IMG/VR virus record: IMGVR_UViG_3300014835_000052
Direction: 5' to 3' (one strand)
Source: a virus
Length of the DNA: 64,000 nucleotides
The position numbers and the translations under genes were made by a program. Under the pieces are notes generated by a model that was not told the origin of the DNA, made no database searches, and worked only from the letters and a program-made list of their open reading frames with translations. Within the stretch, counting starts at the first letter, position 1. The number at the start of each line of letters is the position of its first letter. Positions 15,077-26,528 of the stretch are shown piece after piece.

Positions 15077-18000
15077 CTAATGCTATTACTCTCAAATCGC
15101 GGATTTTAGGAACTGCTATAGAATTAGCAGATAACATAACAATTTTAACTATAAATTGGTTGAACTTATTCATATTGGGCAATGCAAACCTTATATTTCC
15201 ATCACCATAATCACATATATATTTATGTTCAACAAATTGTGAGGCATAATTTTTATCTCTTGTAGATAATACCATTTCATAATAAGGAGTTTCTTCTAAA
15301 GTAGAACCCCCAGAAATAAATGCTGCTTTATAATAAACCTTTACAGATGATCCATATGGAGTGAAAGCGTTGAATGTTACAGTTATATCAGTAGATTCAA
15401 AACCATCTGCCAGTATAACTTTTCTTGTGATATATTTAGATAGACTTCTTCCTTTCGATGGTAGTAATTCTGTATCACCATTATGTGTAGACCCTAAATA
15501 TCTAAATAATACACTTCCATTATAAATATCATCATATGTAAAATATGGCGGTTCAACAGAAGTTGTTCCAGTATTTAAAGCCTTATACATATTATACATC
15601 CCTTTAACAGGAACTTTGATATAATCGCCTCCAAACACTTCACTATGTGAAATAAAATCATCTGCAATAACATCATTATTTATAATATTTTCTACTAGAA
15701 CATTAGTGAATCTTGCTATGTCAATAATGGGAGATAGTTTGGAATCTTTAGTAGTTAATTCAATTTTAGATCTCAAATTTGATGAAGCAGAATCTAATAT
15801 TTTTCTAGTATCTAAATCATAATTAGTGCTTAACATAGCAGGTGTAAAATCTGCATCTAAGGTGCCATTAGTATTAGTGCCTTTATAAAAATATTTGGCT
15901 TCAGCATTTTTAAAATTTATATTTTCCCCCTGGGAGAAATAGGTGTCATATGGCACATTAATATCGACATTTCGTGTACTAGTGGAAAGAAATCTTAATA
16001 ATACTCCAGTTTCTGCAAGACCATTCATAACATCACCATTAATATGATCCGGTGCAGTGGGACCAGTTAAACCAGTATTCATTGCTTCATAAATATGATC
16101 CATATTAAATCCAGATTCAACTCTAATATAATCTCCTCTAGAATAATATGTATTAGCAATAAATGTGTTAAAAGTGTTGGTATAATTCACATAAGGTTTT
16201 TCAGATATAAATTGTGCTGATCCTGAGGATGTAAAATTACATCTATTAAGAACAAAACACATATCTTGAGATGGTGAAGGTAGCCAAGTAGAACCATTAG
16301 AACTTTTAAATAAATCCCCACAATAAGGTATATCAGAAATCCTCATGTCAGAATTATTAATTCTAAAGCCTCCCATAGTTGCTGTAAATATTTCATACTC
16401 TTTACTAGGTGATATAATAACAATGGCATACATTCCTGGCAATAAGAAAATTGGCGAATCAAATCTAAATTTAGTGTATGAATTTGGGTCACTAGCATTT
16501 GGATATGTTGAAGTTTTCACATCATTTGCAGCAAGACTAGTAGTGGCAAATGGTATAATAATATCGCTACTTGGGATGCCATTAACTGTTGGTCTTAATT
16601 GGACTGTTATATCATCTATATTTGATTTTTTAGCAAAGAATAAATCTACAGATGATACAAAATATCCATCTGGATTTTCAGAAGCATTAACATAAAATGT
16701 TTGTGCTAAAGGATCAGCGTGAATTACTACACTACCTGTAGGGACAAATTGTAATGTTGCATCATATGCAGAAGGTGATTTTGCTTCGCCTGAAGTAATG
16801 GCTGATACATTTGCTTGTACAATATGAGTATCAAAAGCAGCAATCGCAGCACTAACATTTGTTTTATATTTATCTATAAATGTTTGTCCTATACCTGTAG
16901 ATTCACTTCTAATTATCCCAACAATAGGCAACCCCCAGGCTGAATCCCAAGTATTTCCAGTATTCCAAGGGATAATATGTTTTATTTCAGACCAACTAAT
17001 TGTAGTTTTATAAAGTAAAGTTTCACCAGGTTTTACTGTATATGGAAATGTTGGTACTTTATCATTAAAATAAGAAGCAACAGTAAATGGTCCAGCCCCA
17101 AACTTTTTTATCAATGGTGAAACTATAAGATCGTCAGAGAATATATATTTTATTGATTCTATTTTACCATCAGCATTTCCTATATTTTTGATTGTCCAAG
17201 TCATGGAAGTAGAGCCAGCAGGAGCATATAAAAACCCATCACCGTTGGCAACTTGTGTTGGTGGAGTTGTAGGGATAGTTCTATACTCATCCGCAGCACC
17301 TAAACCACCTTTTGCCGATAAATCACATATAGAAGTTTTGTCTGCATCTCTCCAATGTTCCCACCCCGTTATACCTTTAATGCCAGGTAATGTATATGAA
17401 GTCACATCTTGACTGGCTGTAAATTTTGCATATTTTGGGGATGTATCAGGATTGGGTGCTGCACCAACCTCAACACATGTAGGAGTGATATTTACTTCAA
17501 CATTAGAGCAAATTTTTACATCTAATGTAGAACTATCAGCACCAGTTTTAACTCGATAAATTCTTTTTGCAGTTGAAGATTTACCCATTATAGTATAAGC
17601 ATCCGTGCCCATATAAGAAATATATGAAGGAACACTTGTTGGACTTTCACCAGAAGGTGATACAAATATATATTTGCCTCCAGAACCTGCTGCATTAGTA
17701 TTAATATTTATTCTTATAAATGCTTCCTGGTCTACTGAAGCAAATGGTATAGTAACATAATACTCTGTAGATCCTTTTAACCCTGTTATTTTTGTGTTAT
17801 GACAAATATCACCTATGGATGGATTTGGCACGAGGGGCACATAACTATCACCTACAAGAGTAAACGTCCAATTAGAAGTCCCACCCCAATATACACTGGG
17901 GGTTTCTGCATAAGAAAATGTATTTGCATTAATAGTAACACTATATACATATCCTTGTAAAAAATCACCGAGTGGTGGTGAAAGTTTAAAATAAGTACCA

Positions 18001-20168
18001 TCACTATCAGTAGAAAATAATGTAGAACTATATGCTGAACCTGGACCTGTACCTGTTATAGTTCCAACTTGAAGTGATGGAAAGTTCTGTTTCATTTTTT
18101 CTTTAAAAGTAATTCCAATCCAATTTCTATGTGTAGAAATTTTTGCTTCTGAATTGAATTCCGGCGAATATGTAGGACCGCGATTAGGTTTAGTTCCAGA
18201 TGCTGTAAAGTAAAGGGAAAGAGCATCGCCTAAGATATAACTTAAATTGTCATCTATATATGTGAGAGCAGTTATATGTTTTAGTCCAAGATCAAATTTA
18301 TACGAAACACCATTGAGTAAACCCTTAATTGGTATTGTTAATGTATTATTAGTTATTTGCATTGATGATGATGTCACAGGTATAAGAATATAATTTGAAT
18401 TTGGATCACTGGGGAGATAGGATGTTGTATAATTTGGATCAGGATGTAATTTTATAGGCTGATTAAAAACTACAATTAAATTAAAATCATTTGATACTGG
18501 TGCACCATACGCATCATATACGGGATATGTGCTTGTTATAGCAAGTTGTATAGGTACTGTAGGTACTGTGGTATCTATATTTTTACATGTAAATGTATAA
18601 TCACTAGAACCCGTATAAAGATTGTCATCTAGATCCATGACGCATCCGGCAGACAACATGACAATGTAAGAAGTTAAAGAAATTAAATTTGTTGTTGGAA
18701 TTATTGTTAATTGATTACCTTTAGCAGAAATAACTGTAGTAGATATTGTACCATTTGCTTGTTTTAATGTGATACTGCCAGAACCTATGACAATTTCTTT
18801 ATTAAAGGTTAATATAATAGGTGCAGTAACTTCAACTCCAGTTGCACCTTTTGTTGGAGAATATGTAGTTATTGTTGGATATATTATAGGTACTGATTTT
18901 ATAGTAAAACTATAAACGGTCGTTTCTTTGATATAATCATTACCTAAAGCATCTTTCACAGATCCTGTGGGTAAATTAACAATATATGTGTCTAATGATG
19001 CCAATTCTACAGTTGGAGTTATAGTTAATACTTTACCTATTATGGATACATTTGTATTTGGCATAGAAAATGATTCAACAATAGAGCCATTTGGTCTTTG
19101 TATAGTAATATCACCAGATCCGGGTATAATTGTCTCATTGAATGTGATTTCAATAGTAGTTTTAGAATCTACTCCAGTTGCTCCTATAATTGGAGAACGA
19201 CCAGTGACTAATGGGCCTGCTTTATCTATAATAAGAACTAATGGAGAAGACGCAGACACTGATGTAGGTGCTATAGATGTACCAGCTACAGCAGTAGATT
19301 TGGATTTCAATACTGGATCAATAGTAACTTGATTAATTCTAGTAACAAGAGTTTGTGCTTCTTTAGTTTGTAGAATTCCACTAGCATAATAAATAAATTC
19401 TGCAGATGTTTTTATTTGTGAAGCTGTATTATTTGGACTATCACAAAGTAAAAATGCACGAGATCCAGTATTAAATGATAAATTTGCATCATTTGGAATC
19501 ATAAATGTTCCAGCAATATATCCATTTTCATCTGTCATTAAATTGGCAGATGGTGGTTGTATTGTTAATATTTTATAAGAAATTCCATCTAATGAAATAT
19601 TTTCACCAACTACTAAAGGATTGTCATATTGTGCAATAAAAAATGTAGATCCTTTATGGAAAAGTATTTCTTTTATAGATTGTTTTGCTATTATTGAACT
19701 ACTTATTACAGGTGGGGTGGTCCATCCGCCTGTAGTACCTGAAAAATACGTTGTTTTTAAAATAGCAGGTAGCGGAGAACTTACAGTAACCCTATAACAA
19801 GATGAAATATAATGGTCTACATTAATATTATCAAAAAAAGCATATAATCTAGTTAATGGCTTTAAATGATAAGCACTAAAATGTATAGATCTTGATCTAA
19901 TTTTATGAATTAATGAAGTATCTACTACACGATCACCTAATGTCACAGAAGTTGTAGATTGTGTAGATCCAAATTGTAAACCAACTTGTGATTGAACTGT
20001 TGTAGTATTATAATTTGCTTTAACATCTACAGAAACTAAATCTGGAGTCATTGCTGCTTTTATTGCATCTTGCGTTAATTTTGCATTGGCAGCAACTGCA
20101 GTATATATTGGTGCAGTTGAAGTATCAGCAGTGCTTGTTATTGGGGAATTTTTGGGCTTATCAATCAT
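15069..20168 (-). CDS. VrlC/DUF4815-like large baseplate protein, C-terminal part, with Ig-like repeats
   Basis: DPLAQTF...YFVSSVDLFF and PKIRDLRVIAL motifs; repeated ITFNE/LTFNK Big-like units. Confidence 0.7.
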   Translation of the reverse strand: MIDKPKNSPITSTADTSTAPIYTAVAANAKLTQDAIKAAMTPDLVSVDVKANYNTTTVQSQVGLQFGSTQSTTSVTLGDRVVDTSLIHKIRSRSIHFSAYHLKPLTRLYAFFDNINVDHYISSCYRVTVSSPLPAILKTTYFSGTTGGWTTPPVISSSIIAKQSIKEILFHKGSTFFIAQYDNPLVVGENISLDGISYKILTIQPPSANLMTDENGYIAGTFMIPNDANLSFNTGSRAFLLCDSPNNTASQIKTSAEFIYYASGILQTKEAQTLVTRINQVTIDPVLKSKSTAVAGTSIAPTSVSASSPLVLIIDKAGPLVTGRSPIIGATGVDSKTTIEITFNETIIPGSGDITIQRPNGSIVESFSMPNTNVSIIGKVLTITPTVELASLDTYIVNLPTGSVKDALGNDYIKETTVYSFTIKSVPIIYPTITTYSPTKGATGVEVTAPIILTFNKEIVIGSGSITLKQANGTISTTVISAKGNQLTIIPTTNLISLTSYIVMLSAGCVMDLDDNLYTGSSDYTFTCKNIDTTVPTVPIQLAITSTYPVYDAYGAPVSNDFNLIVVFNQPIKLHPDPNYTTSYLPSDPNSNYILIPVTSSSMQITNNTLTIPIKGLLNGVSYKFDLGLKHITALTYIDDNLSYILGDALSLYFTASGTKPNRGPTYSPEFNSEAKISTHRNWIGITFKEKMKQNFPSLQVGTITGTGPGSAYSSTLFSTDSDGTYFKLSPPLGDFLQGYVYSVTINANTFSYAETPSVYWGGTSNWTFTLVGDSYVPLVPNPSIGDICHNTKITGLKGSTEYYVTIPFASVDQEAFIRININTNAAGSGGKYIFVSPSGESPTSVPSYISYMGTDAYTIMGKSSTAKRIYRVKTGADSSTLDVKICSNVEVNITPTCVEVGAAPNPDTSPKYAKFTASQDVTSYTLPGIKGITGWEHWRDADKTSICDLSAKGGLGAADEYRTIPTTPPTQVANGDGFLYAPAGSTSMTWTIKNIGNADGKIESIKYIFSDDLIVSPLIKKFGAGPFTVASYFNDKVPTFPYTVKPGETLLYKTTISWSEIKHIIPWNTGNTWDSAWGLPIVGIIRSESTGIGQTFIDKYKTNVSAAIAAFDTHIVQANVSAITSGEAKSPSAYDATLQFVPTGSVVIHADPLAQTFYVNASENPDGYFVSSVDLFFAKKSNIDDITVQLRPTVNGIPSSDIIIPFATTSLAANDVKTSTYPNASDPNSYTKFRFDSPIFLLPGMYAIVIISPSKEYEIFTATMGGFRINNSDMRISDIPYCGDLFKSSNGSTWLPSPSQDMCFVLNRCNFTSSGSAQFISEKPYVNYTNTFNTFIANTYYSRGDYIRVESGFNMDHIYEAMNTGLTGPTAPDHINGDVMNGLAETGVLLRFLSTSTRNVDINVPYDTYFSQGENINFKNAEAKYFYKGTNTNGTLDADFTPAMLSTNYDLDTRKILDSASSNLRSKIELTTKDSKLSPIIDIARFTNVLVENIINNDVIADDFISHSEVFGGDYIKVPVKGMYNMYKALNTGTTSVEPPYFTYDDIYNGSVLFRYLGSTHNGDTELLPSKGRSLSKYITRKVILADGFESTDITVTFNAFTPYGSSVKVYYKAAFISGGSTLEETPYYEMVLSTRDKNYASQFVEHKYICDYGDGNIRFALPNMNKFNQFIVKIVMLSANSIAVPKIRDLRVIALDD

Positions 20169-20182
20169 AATATTATCCTATT

Positions 20183-23100
20183 TCATGCGGTTGTGACTTG
20201 TGATTTTACAGTCACATTTGTTTGTAGTGAAAGATCAGTTACACCAACGCCCGATGTTTGCCAATCAGACCATTTTTGTCCATTCCCTTGAGCAAATACA
20301 GAATAAGCATCATTTGCACCATTCATATTTATTATTGCTACAGGTCTGCTTGATGTATCTGTCCAATTATCTGTTGGTGGATCTAAATTCATAATACCAT
20401 TCCATGAAAAGACAGCAAAAGGTTGAACAGATTCTGTTTCTGACGCTATAAGTTGTGCAATAACTGGAACTTCTGTATAACTCAATGTCACATGATTATT
20501 AGAAGATACTACGGAATTACTTCCAGACGAATCAAATTTATAACTATAAGAACTACTATTAAATGCTGGTCTTAAATATCTTTGTGTAAAATCTATAGCA
20601 CAATTATAAGCAGAATTGTAAACATCACCAACGCTATGTCCTGCAAATGGATCAACTAATATTCCATTTTTAAATTTATCTATTCCTGGAACTGAAGATG
20701 GAATAGATTCATCACCTGCTTGTTTTTCTAATAAAGATAACGCTGTATAATATTCTAATCTATTAACTCTTTTATCTATTTTGGCTATATCTTTCATGGT
20801 ATAGCCTCTATTATCTACAAATTCTGCATTAATATCATCATATGAGAAAGTATAGGCTGGTATTGATAGCGTATAAATTGTCATATTTGCACCAGAATCT
20901 GGTATAATAGGATATTTACTAGGGATACCAGATATAATAGACAATTTCAAATCTGTAGACACAACTGCTAAATCTATTCTAGATAAATAGTATTCATAAT
21001 CTGTCATGAACGTACTACCAAAATGAGGCTTTTTATATTCATCAAATAATAAAGTGGAAGAACCATCAGATCTTCTAGGTCTAAAATCAATAGCATCCGA
21101 TAGCCTTAAAACATCACCAGAAGTAAATCTATATGTTGGAATTTTATCAAATAATATTGTTGAATATGAATCTACAGTTAATGGTCCAGTTCCAATATGA
21201 TTAAAATAATCAAATGTTACTGTTAATGATGTTAATTTATCATTCTTAGATAATGGTGAATTTTTAATATCTTTCAATGATATAGAACAATGATCATAAT
21301 ATAAATCTTGTTGCCCAGTATGAAAATTATAATAAGATGAGTAATTTATAGAGTCATCACCAATAACACTTACTAATCTATATCCATCTGCATGTTGCAA
21401 TGAAATACTAGAAGAACCTAAATTTGAATTTATTAATAATATGGAATTAGATACTAATACTTTATTTCTGGTAATAGAAGATGATTCGCTAATAACAACA
21501 AATACATCCAATGTTAATACAAAATCTGATAAAATAGTAGCTGTAGCATTAATATTGTCCAAAATTTCAACTTTACTGAAATTAACAATTGATCCAACAA
21601 TTGGAGCAATACCAGAACCTTCTCCAACAGCACGTATAACACCATACCATTCCGTCACTAAAGAGGATGATGATATTTCACCGCTACCAATAAATACTTG
21701 ATTGCCAGTTAAGGAGAAATTACTATAAGTATAACCTACACCATCTCTTGAAAATGTAGTTGATATAAATGATTTATAATATTGATAAGAAATGTCATTA
21801 CTATTAGTAATTGGATTGATATGAGTTTTTATTGGTTTATTTACTAGTGTATAAATGTTTGAATACTTTAAAGCATTAAATACTTTAACATTAATAGGAC
21901 CAGCAGTACCTAATATAGTTTTTGAATCGTATGTTTCAGAACTATAATTAGCAAAAAAATCATAAGTATAATTTGTTGTTCCTGATTTAACGATAAATGA
22001 TCTTGCATCTATAAAATTCTTTCCAGATGTTATATTAATATCAGTTAAAAATAACTTATAAGTATTAGATAATCCAGTCTGAAAACTATCAAATAACACA
22101 CCAAAACACGTTGCAGTTCCTATGATAGATGCTGCATATAAACCACTTGTATTATTTGGATTCATTGTGCTATGAATATCAACATTGACTGTAGAGTATG
22201 GTGATATAAAACCAGAAATATTTTCAACTAAAACATATGGGCCTTTATCTATTTGTAGTTGACCATTGTTTAATAATGCAGTAGTTCTTGCTTTAGGCAC
22301 AGATAATAATGTTGGTGCTTCTGTTTTAAATTCATATCCATTTATAAAAGCATCTCCAATATCTAATTTCAAAAAAGTATTAGTCGGATCGGTTAAATCT
22401 GGAGTCATTTTTCCTATAAAGGCATCTACAGTATAATTTCCAGATTCTTTATAAGTTCTTTCTGCTAAATGTTTCTCTAAATCTAAGTATTGTGGGGCAT
22501 TGACATCATGGATTATTATGCCATCTCTGTACGATGCTAATAGGAAATGCTTATTATTAGTATCTAATGGTGTCCCCGGTAATGATAGTTGCAATTTAAG
22601 ATCAATGGCATATCTATCCGCCCCAGGTGCAGAATAATTAGGAGAGCCAAATACATTATCTAGTAAAGTTTCATCTGTATAAGCATTTACTATAGATTCA
22701 ATAGCGACAAGATATACATCAGATGAAACTTTACTATTAGTTGTAGATACAATAATTATTTGATCTTCTACTTGAACAAAAGACCCTTGGACAAAATAAA
22801 TACCTTTTCTGATTTGATGTAGAGTAGCCTTTCCATATACTACTCCAGCACTAGTAGGAGCAACGGTTAATGTTACAAATGTATCACCTTGAATAGATAA
22901 TACAGAATCGGCAGTAATATCTCCGGCAGTAATATCTACAGTATAGATGTAATTTGTTTTGTATGATTTATCCACATGGATTACTTTCTTTTTAATATCA
23001 CCAATATAGACAATTTTATCAAGAAAGTAATTTAGGTCTGTAGTTCCAGCAAAGTCGCTAATAATAATAGAAGACGCTTTAATACAGGAATGGTGTCCAT

Positions 23101-23308
23101 TGTGGACTACAGATCCATCAGTAAATATATGTGAGCCAAATCTATCAATTTGTGATGCAATAATAGATTGTAATTGGTTTAATTCTCTAGTTTGTACTGC
23201 ATATCCTGGTTTAAAAAGTATCTTATGAAAATGTTTTGAGGAATCAAAATCATCATAATAAGGTTCGGTAGAAAGATTTATGTTCATAAGTATATACTCG
23301 GTTATCAA
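20183..23308 (-). CDS. VrlC/DUF4815-like large baseplate protein, N-terminal part (likely start 23287)
   Basis: PYYDDFD...ILFKPG..VQTRELNQLQS and FKNGILVDPF motifs. Confidence 0.75.
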   Translation of the reverse strand: MITEYILMNINLSTEPYYDDFDSSKHFHKILFKPGYAVQTRELNQLQSIIASQIDRFGSHIFTDGSVVHNGHHSCIKASSIIISDFAGTTDLNYFLDKIVYIGDIKKKVIHVDKSYKTNYIYTVDITAGDITADSVLSIQGDTFVTLTVAPTSAGVVYGKATLHQIRKGIYFVQGSFVQVEDQIIIVSTTNSKVSSDVYLVAIESIVNAYTDETLLDNVFGSPNYSAPGADRYAIDLKLQLSLPGTPLDTNNKHFLLASYRDGIIIHDVNAPQYLDLEKHLAERTYKESGNYTVDAFIGKMTPDLTDPTNTFLKLDIGDAFINGYEFKTEAPTLLSVPKARTTALLNNGQLQIDKGPYVLVENISGFISPYSTVNVDIHSTMNPNNTSGLYAASIIGTATCFGVLFDSFQTGLSNTYKLFLTDINITSGKNFIDARSFIVKSGTTNYTYDFFANYSSETYDSKTILGTAGPINVKVFNALKYSNIYTLVNKPIKTHINPITNSNDISYQYYKSFISTTFSRDGVGYTYSNFSLTGNQVFIGSGEISSSSLVTEWYGVIRAVGEGSGIAPIVGSIVNFSKVEILDNINATATILSDFVLTLDVFVVISESSSITRNKVLVSNSILLINSNLGSSSISLQHADGYRLVSVIGDDSINYSSYYNFHTGQQDLYYDHCSISLKDIKNSPLSKNDKLTSLTVTFDYFNHIGTGPLTVDSYSTILFDKIPTYRFTSGDVLRLSDAIDFRPRRSDGSSTLLFDEYKKPHFGSTFMTDYEYYLSRIDLAVVSTDLKLSIISGIPSKYPIIPDSGANMTIYTLSIPAYTFSYDDINAEFVDNRGYTMKDIAKIDKRVNRLEYYTALSLLEKQAGDESIPSSVPGIDKFKNGILVDPFAGHSVGDVYNSAYNCAIDFTQRYLRPAFNSSSYSYKFDSSGSNSVVSSNNHVTLSYTEVPVIAQLIASETESVQPFAVFSWNGIMNLDPPTDNWTDTSSRPVAIINMNGANDAYSVFAQGNGQKWSDWQTSGVGVTDLSLQTNVTVKSQVTTA

Positions 23309-23317
23309 TAATAAACA

Positions 23318-23325
23318 TATTTATA
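23318..23325 (-). promoter_or_regulatory. T4-type late promoter
   Basis: TATAAATA on the minus strand, intergenic. Confidence 0.7.
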
Positions 23326-26049
23326 TTAAAATTGGAGTACAGTTGTTAGTGTAACAGTTTGATCTATAGTTTGATAGAAAGCTGTTCTATTGTCAATATA
23401 AAGTATATCGCCGCTAAATTTATCTATAGTTGGAGGGATCATTGTTTGTACAGTATATGAAACCATATTATGTGTTAAAATATCTCCTATATTCACAGCA
23501 ATATCATCTAAAGAATGTAAAAGTAATGAATTGTCAGAAGCAGCAACAACTATAAATCTGTTATTTTTTGAATTAGTAACTATATCATCAGAAACTAATA
23601 TGCCATTAGAAAATAATCCACTAACATTATAACAACCAGATTCTAATATATTATTAGCTTTAATTCTAGAATTAAATTTAGATGGATTTTTTATTATCCC
23701 GTATTGTCTATAATCATTACTGAATTTAAAATTCCCAATAGTATCAGAATTAATAGATGAATAAAACATTAATCTTTTAGCATTTAGATTGGATAAAACA
23801 TTAGCACCATGACCATATTTTGGGCCTATTATGGCTCTAACGACTGCTGGAGTTGGGGTAATATTGTGATAACCTACACCAGATATAGAAATATTGGCAT
23901 ATGTATAATTTACACCAGGGTGGACAATAGTAATGCTTTCAATTTTACCATTTGTAATGTTTGCTATAGCTGTGGCATTTGTACCATCGCCTGTTATTCT
24001 AATAGTGGCGGCATCGTAATTATTCCCAGAATCTAATACTTTGATGTATTCAATAGCACCATTAACAGATAATAATTCGACATTGGCCTGAACTGTATTT
24101 AAAGATCCACCAGAAGTATTTACAGAAAAAACTGCATCTGTATCAGATGGATTATTCCCTGCTGGTGCTATAAATGCTGAAGTATATCCATATCCTGGCT
24201 CATCTATAATAACGTCTACAATTTGCCCATGTTCTACAATTGCGGATACTAGAGCACCAACACCAGTGTCGCTTTGAACTGTTAGAGTAGTATAATCAAT
24301 ATTATAATTTTTTCCTGGATCAACAATTGACACATAATCAATAACACCTGAATTGATTATTGGGTTAAATTTAGCAGTTAAATTGGGTAAGAATTTTCCA
24401 CTACTCATTCTTGATCCATGAATAGTTATAGTAGTATCTAAAGGATATCCAGTGCCACCAGACACTATTTTCACTTTACTGATACTCCCATCTATATTAG
24501 ACACATGAGGTTCTAATATAGCACCATAACCCTTTACAGTACCTGTTCCAGATTCTGTGGTATACCCAGAAACTGTAGCCGTAAATATTGTACCAATATT
24601 ATTATTTGGTGAACCTAAAGTTCTAAAATCTGTAGTACCTATAGATTCAATTTCATATTTATGTCCTATTATAATATGAATAGCAGTAGATATAGTAGAT
24701 TCAAACGATGTTAATTTAACATTTCCTCTTTTTACTATAGACGTATTTGCTGTAAAAGTAGTTCCAATATTATTATCAGAGGAACCTAAAGTTGTAAAAT
24801 TAGAAGTTCCAGGTGTGACTATTGTGTATATTTTATCTAGAATAATAGACGATGTAGGTTGAACAATATTATCAATAGTTATTGCTGATACTTTTCCAGA
24901 ACCGCTAGTAACCCCAGTAGCAACAAATACTGTGCCAACAGTATTAGAAAGAGATCCTATAGATGTAAAATCTGTAGAACCTTTGACTTTTATGATATAA
25001 TTTTGACCGATCGTTATAAGAGATGGACTTATTTTTTGATTATCAATTATAATAGTTTCTGATGCAATTGTACCAATATCTACAGTATTTCCTATTGCTT
25101 GAAATAACAATCCAATAGTATTAGATTCTGCACCAATAGTAGTAAAATCTGTATTCTCTAATGTATCAATTAAATACTTATTTCCAGAAATAATATCAGA
25201 ACTAGAAGATGGTACACTAATTGTAAGTGCGGTAACAGTTCCAGATCCAGAATCAACGCCCACTTCAATCCCATCCATAATTGCTGTAAATACTTCACCT
25301 ACAGTATTAGAGGTTGCCCCGAATTGGATAAAATTTGTTGTTCCAATAAACCCTATTGAATATTTATTTCCTGTTCTAATTTTATGAGCAGGATTTGATC
25401 CTGAATTTACAGTAAGTGTGGCATCTGAATTTGGAGTATAACCAGACCCACCATTTGATATAGTTATTTCAGATAAAGCACCATTATTATAAAAACTGGT
25501 ATTAATAGAATTTGTTATAGGCATATATGATGCTGTTAAGAATTTAGATCTTAATGCTAGAGGTATATTTAATACAAATTTCCATTTATAGCCATCTGAT
25601 GTTATAAAAGAATCAGAACTATATCCTGTTGGGGCGATAATGGAGTTTGAATTATAGTTATTATCTAAGCAAATATATACATTAAACTCTGAAGTTAATA
25701 CATAAAATTTAGATTCATCTAATGATATAGACCCTGTATATGAGGGGTTGGTAGGTGAATAATTATCATCATAGTAATCATATACAGTATTAACAATCCA
25801 GTCTGTTCTTGGTATAATAAATGACACATCACCGGCAGAAATTCTTTTCAATGAGATTATATCTTTTCTAGATGATAATTCATATTTGTATGTTGGGAGT
25901 GGTGTTTCAACTAATTCAACACCATTTATTAAATCATATGGTACTGTTTTTCCTAAAAAGTAATAGAATTTAGAAGAGCCAGAAATAATACTATGGTAGA
26001 ATGAATCTGCAATAGTATTATGCATTGAAGGGCAAATTGTTGCAGTCAT
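23326..26049 (-). CDS. gp8: baseplate wedge subunit gp8-like with inserted repeats
   Basis: FYVLTSEFNVYICLDN, DGYKWKF, DYRQYGIIKNP motifs; five GTT(D/N)F..G..SNTVG..F repeats. Confidence 0.75.
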   Translation of the reverse strand: MTATICPSMHNTIADSFYHSIISGSSKFYYFLGKTVPYDLINGVELVETPLPTYKYELSSRKDIISLKRISAGDVSFIIPRTDWIVNTVYDYYDDNYSPTNPSYTGSISLDESKFYVLTSEFNVYICLDNNYNSNSIIAPTGYSSDSFITSDGYKWKFVLNIPLALRSKFLTASYMPITNSINTSFYNNGALSEITISNGGSGYTPNSDATLTVNSGSNPAHKIRTGNKYSIGFIGTTNFIQFGATSNTVGEVFTAIMDGIEVGVDSGSGTVTALTISVPSSSSDIISGNKYLIDTLENTDFTTIGAESNTIGLLFQAIGNTVDIGTIASETIIIDNQKISPSLITIGQNYIIKVKGSTDFTSIGSLSNTVGTVFVATGVTSGSGKVSAITIDNIVQPTSSIILDKIYTIVTPGTSNFTTLGSSDNNIGTTFTANTSIVKRGNVKLTSFESTISTAIHIIIGHKYEIESIGTTDFRTLGSPNNNIGTIFTATVSGYTTESGTGTVKGYGAILEPHVSNIDGSISKVKIVSGGTGYPLDTTITIHGSRMSSGKFLPNLTAKFNPIINSGVIDYVSIVDPGKNYNIDYTTLTVQSDTGVGALVSAIVEHGQIVDVIIDEPGYGYTSAFIAPAGNNPSDTDAVFSVNTSGGSLNTVQANVELLSVNGAIEYIKVLDSGNNYDAATIRITGDGTNATAIANITNGKIESITIVHPGVNYTYANISISGVGYHNITPTPAVVRAIIGPKYGHGANVLSNLNAKRLMFYSSINSDTIGNFKFSNDYRQYGIIKNPSKFNSRIKANNILESGCYNVSGLFSNGILVSDDIVTNSKNNRFIVVAASDNSLLLHSLDDIAVNIGDILTHNMVSYTVQTMIPPTIDKFSGDILYIDNRTAFYQTIDQTVTLTTVLQF

Positions 26050-26075
26050 AATAGTATTATTTCCTCATTAATAAG

Positions 26076-26519
26076 TTAAGCGATTTGTACTACCCAAGTT
26101 ATAGAAATTGAATCACCAACGGCTTTATTTACTACAGGGAATGATGTTCTACAAAGCATATCACCAGCAGATAAAGCATTAAAAATACCTGCTTCTGTGA
26201 TCGCTCCTGTGCAAATACCAGGACCAAATGTAGCAACATAAGTTACAGTATTAATGTTTTGAGTAGTAGACACTAATACTACAGGGGCGTTGATAATAGT
26301 TTCTAGAGCAGTATCTGTTAATATTGGTGTAACAATTCCAGAACCTACAGCCATGTGGCTCATTATTGCAGTAGTATTGCTAATCATTCTAGATATCATA
26401 TATGATTTTCCGGCAGTAACTACTAAGTTTGGAATTTTAGTAGTTTCAATATATCCTTTATCATCAGTTTTAACAATTGTAAGTTCACCTTTCATTGTCA
26501 CTCGTTCTTTTTCAATCAT
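26076..26519 (-). CDS. small baseplate-associated structural protein
   Basis: NLVVTAG...MAVGSG...ITEAGIFN...WVVQI pattern conserved in T4-like baseplate clusters. Confidence 0.55.
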   Translation of the reverse strand: MIEKERVTMKGELTIVKTDDKGYIETTKIPNLVVTAGKSYMISRMISNTTAIMSHMAVGSGIVTPILTDTALETIINAPVVLVSTTQNINTVTYVATFGPGICTGAITEAGIFNALSAGDMLCRTSFPVVNKAVGDSISITWVVQIA

Positions 26520-26528
26520 GTTATTTCC

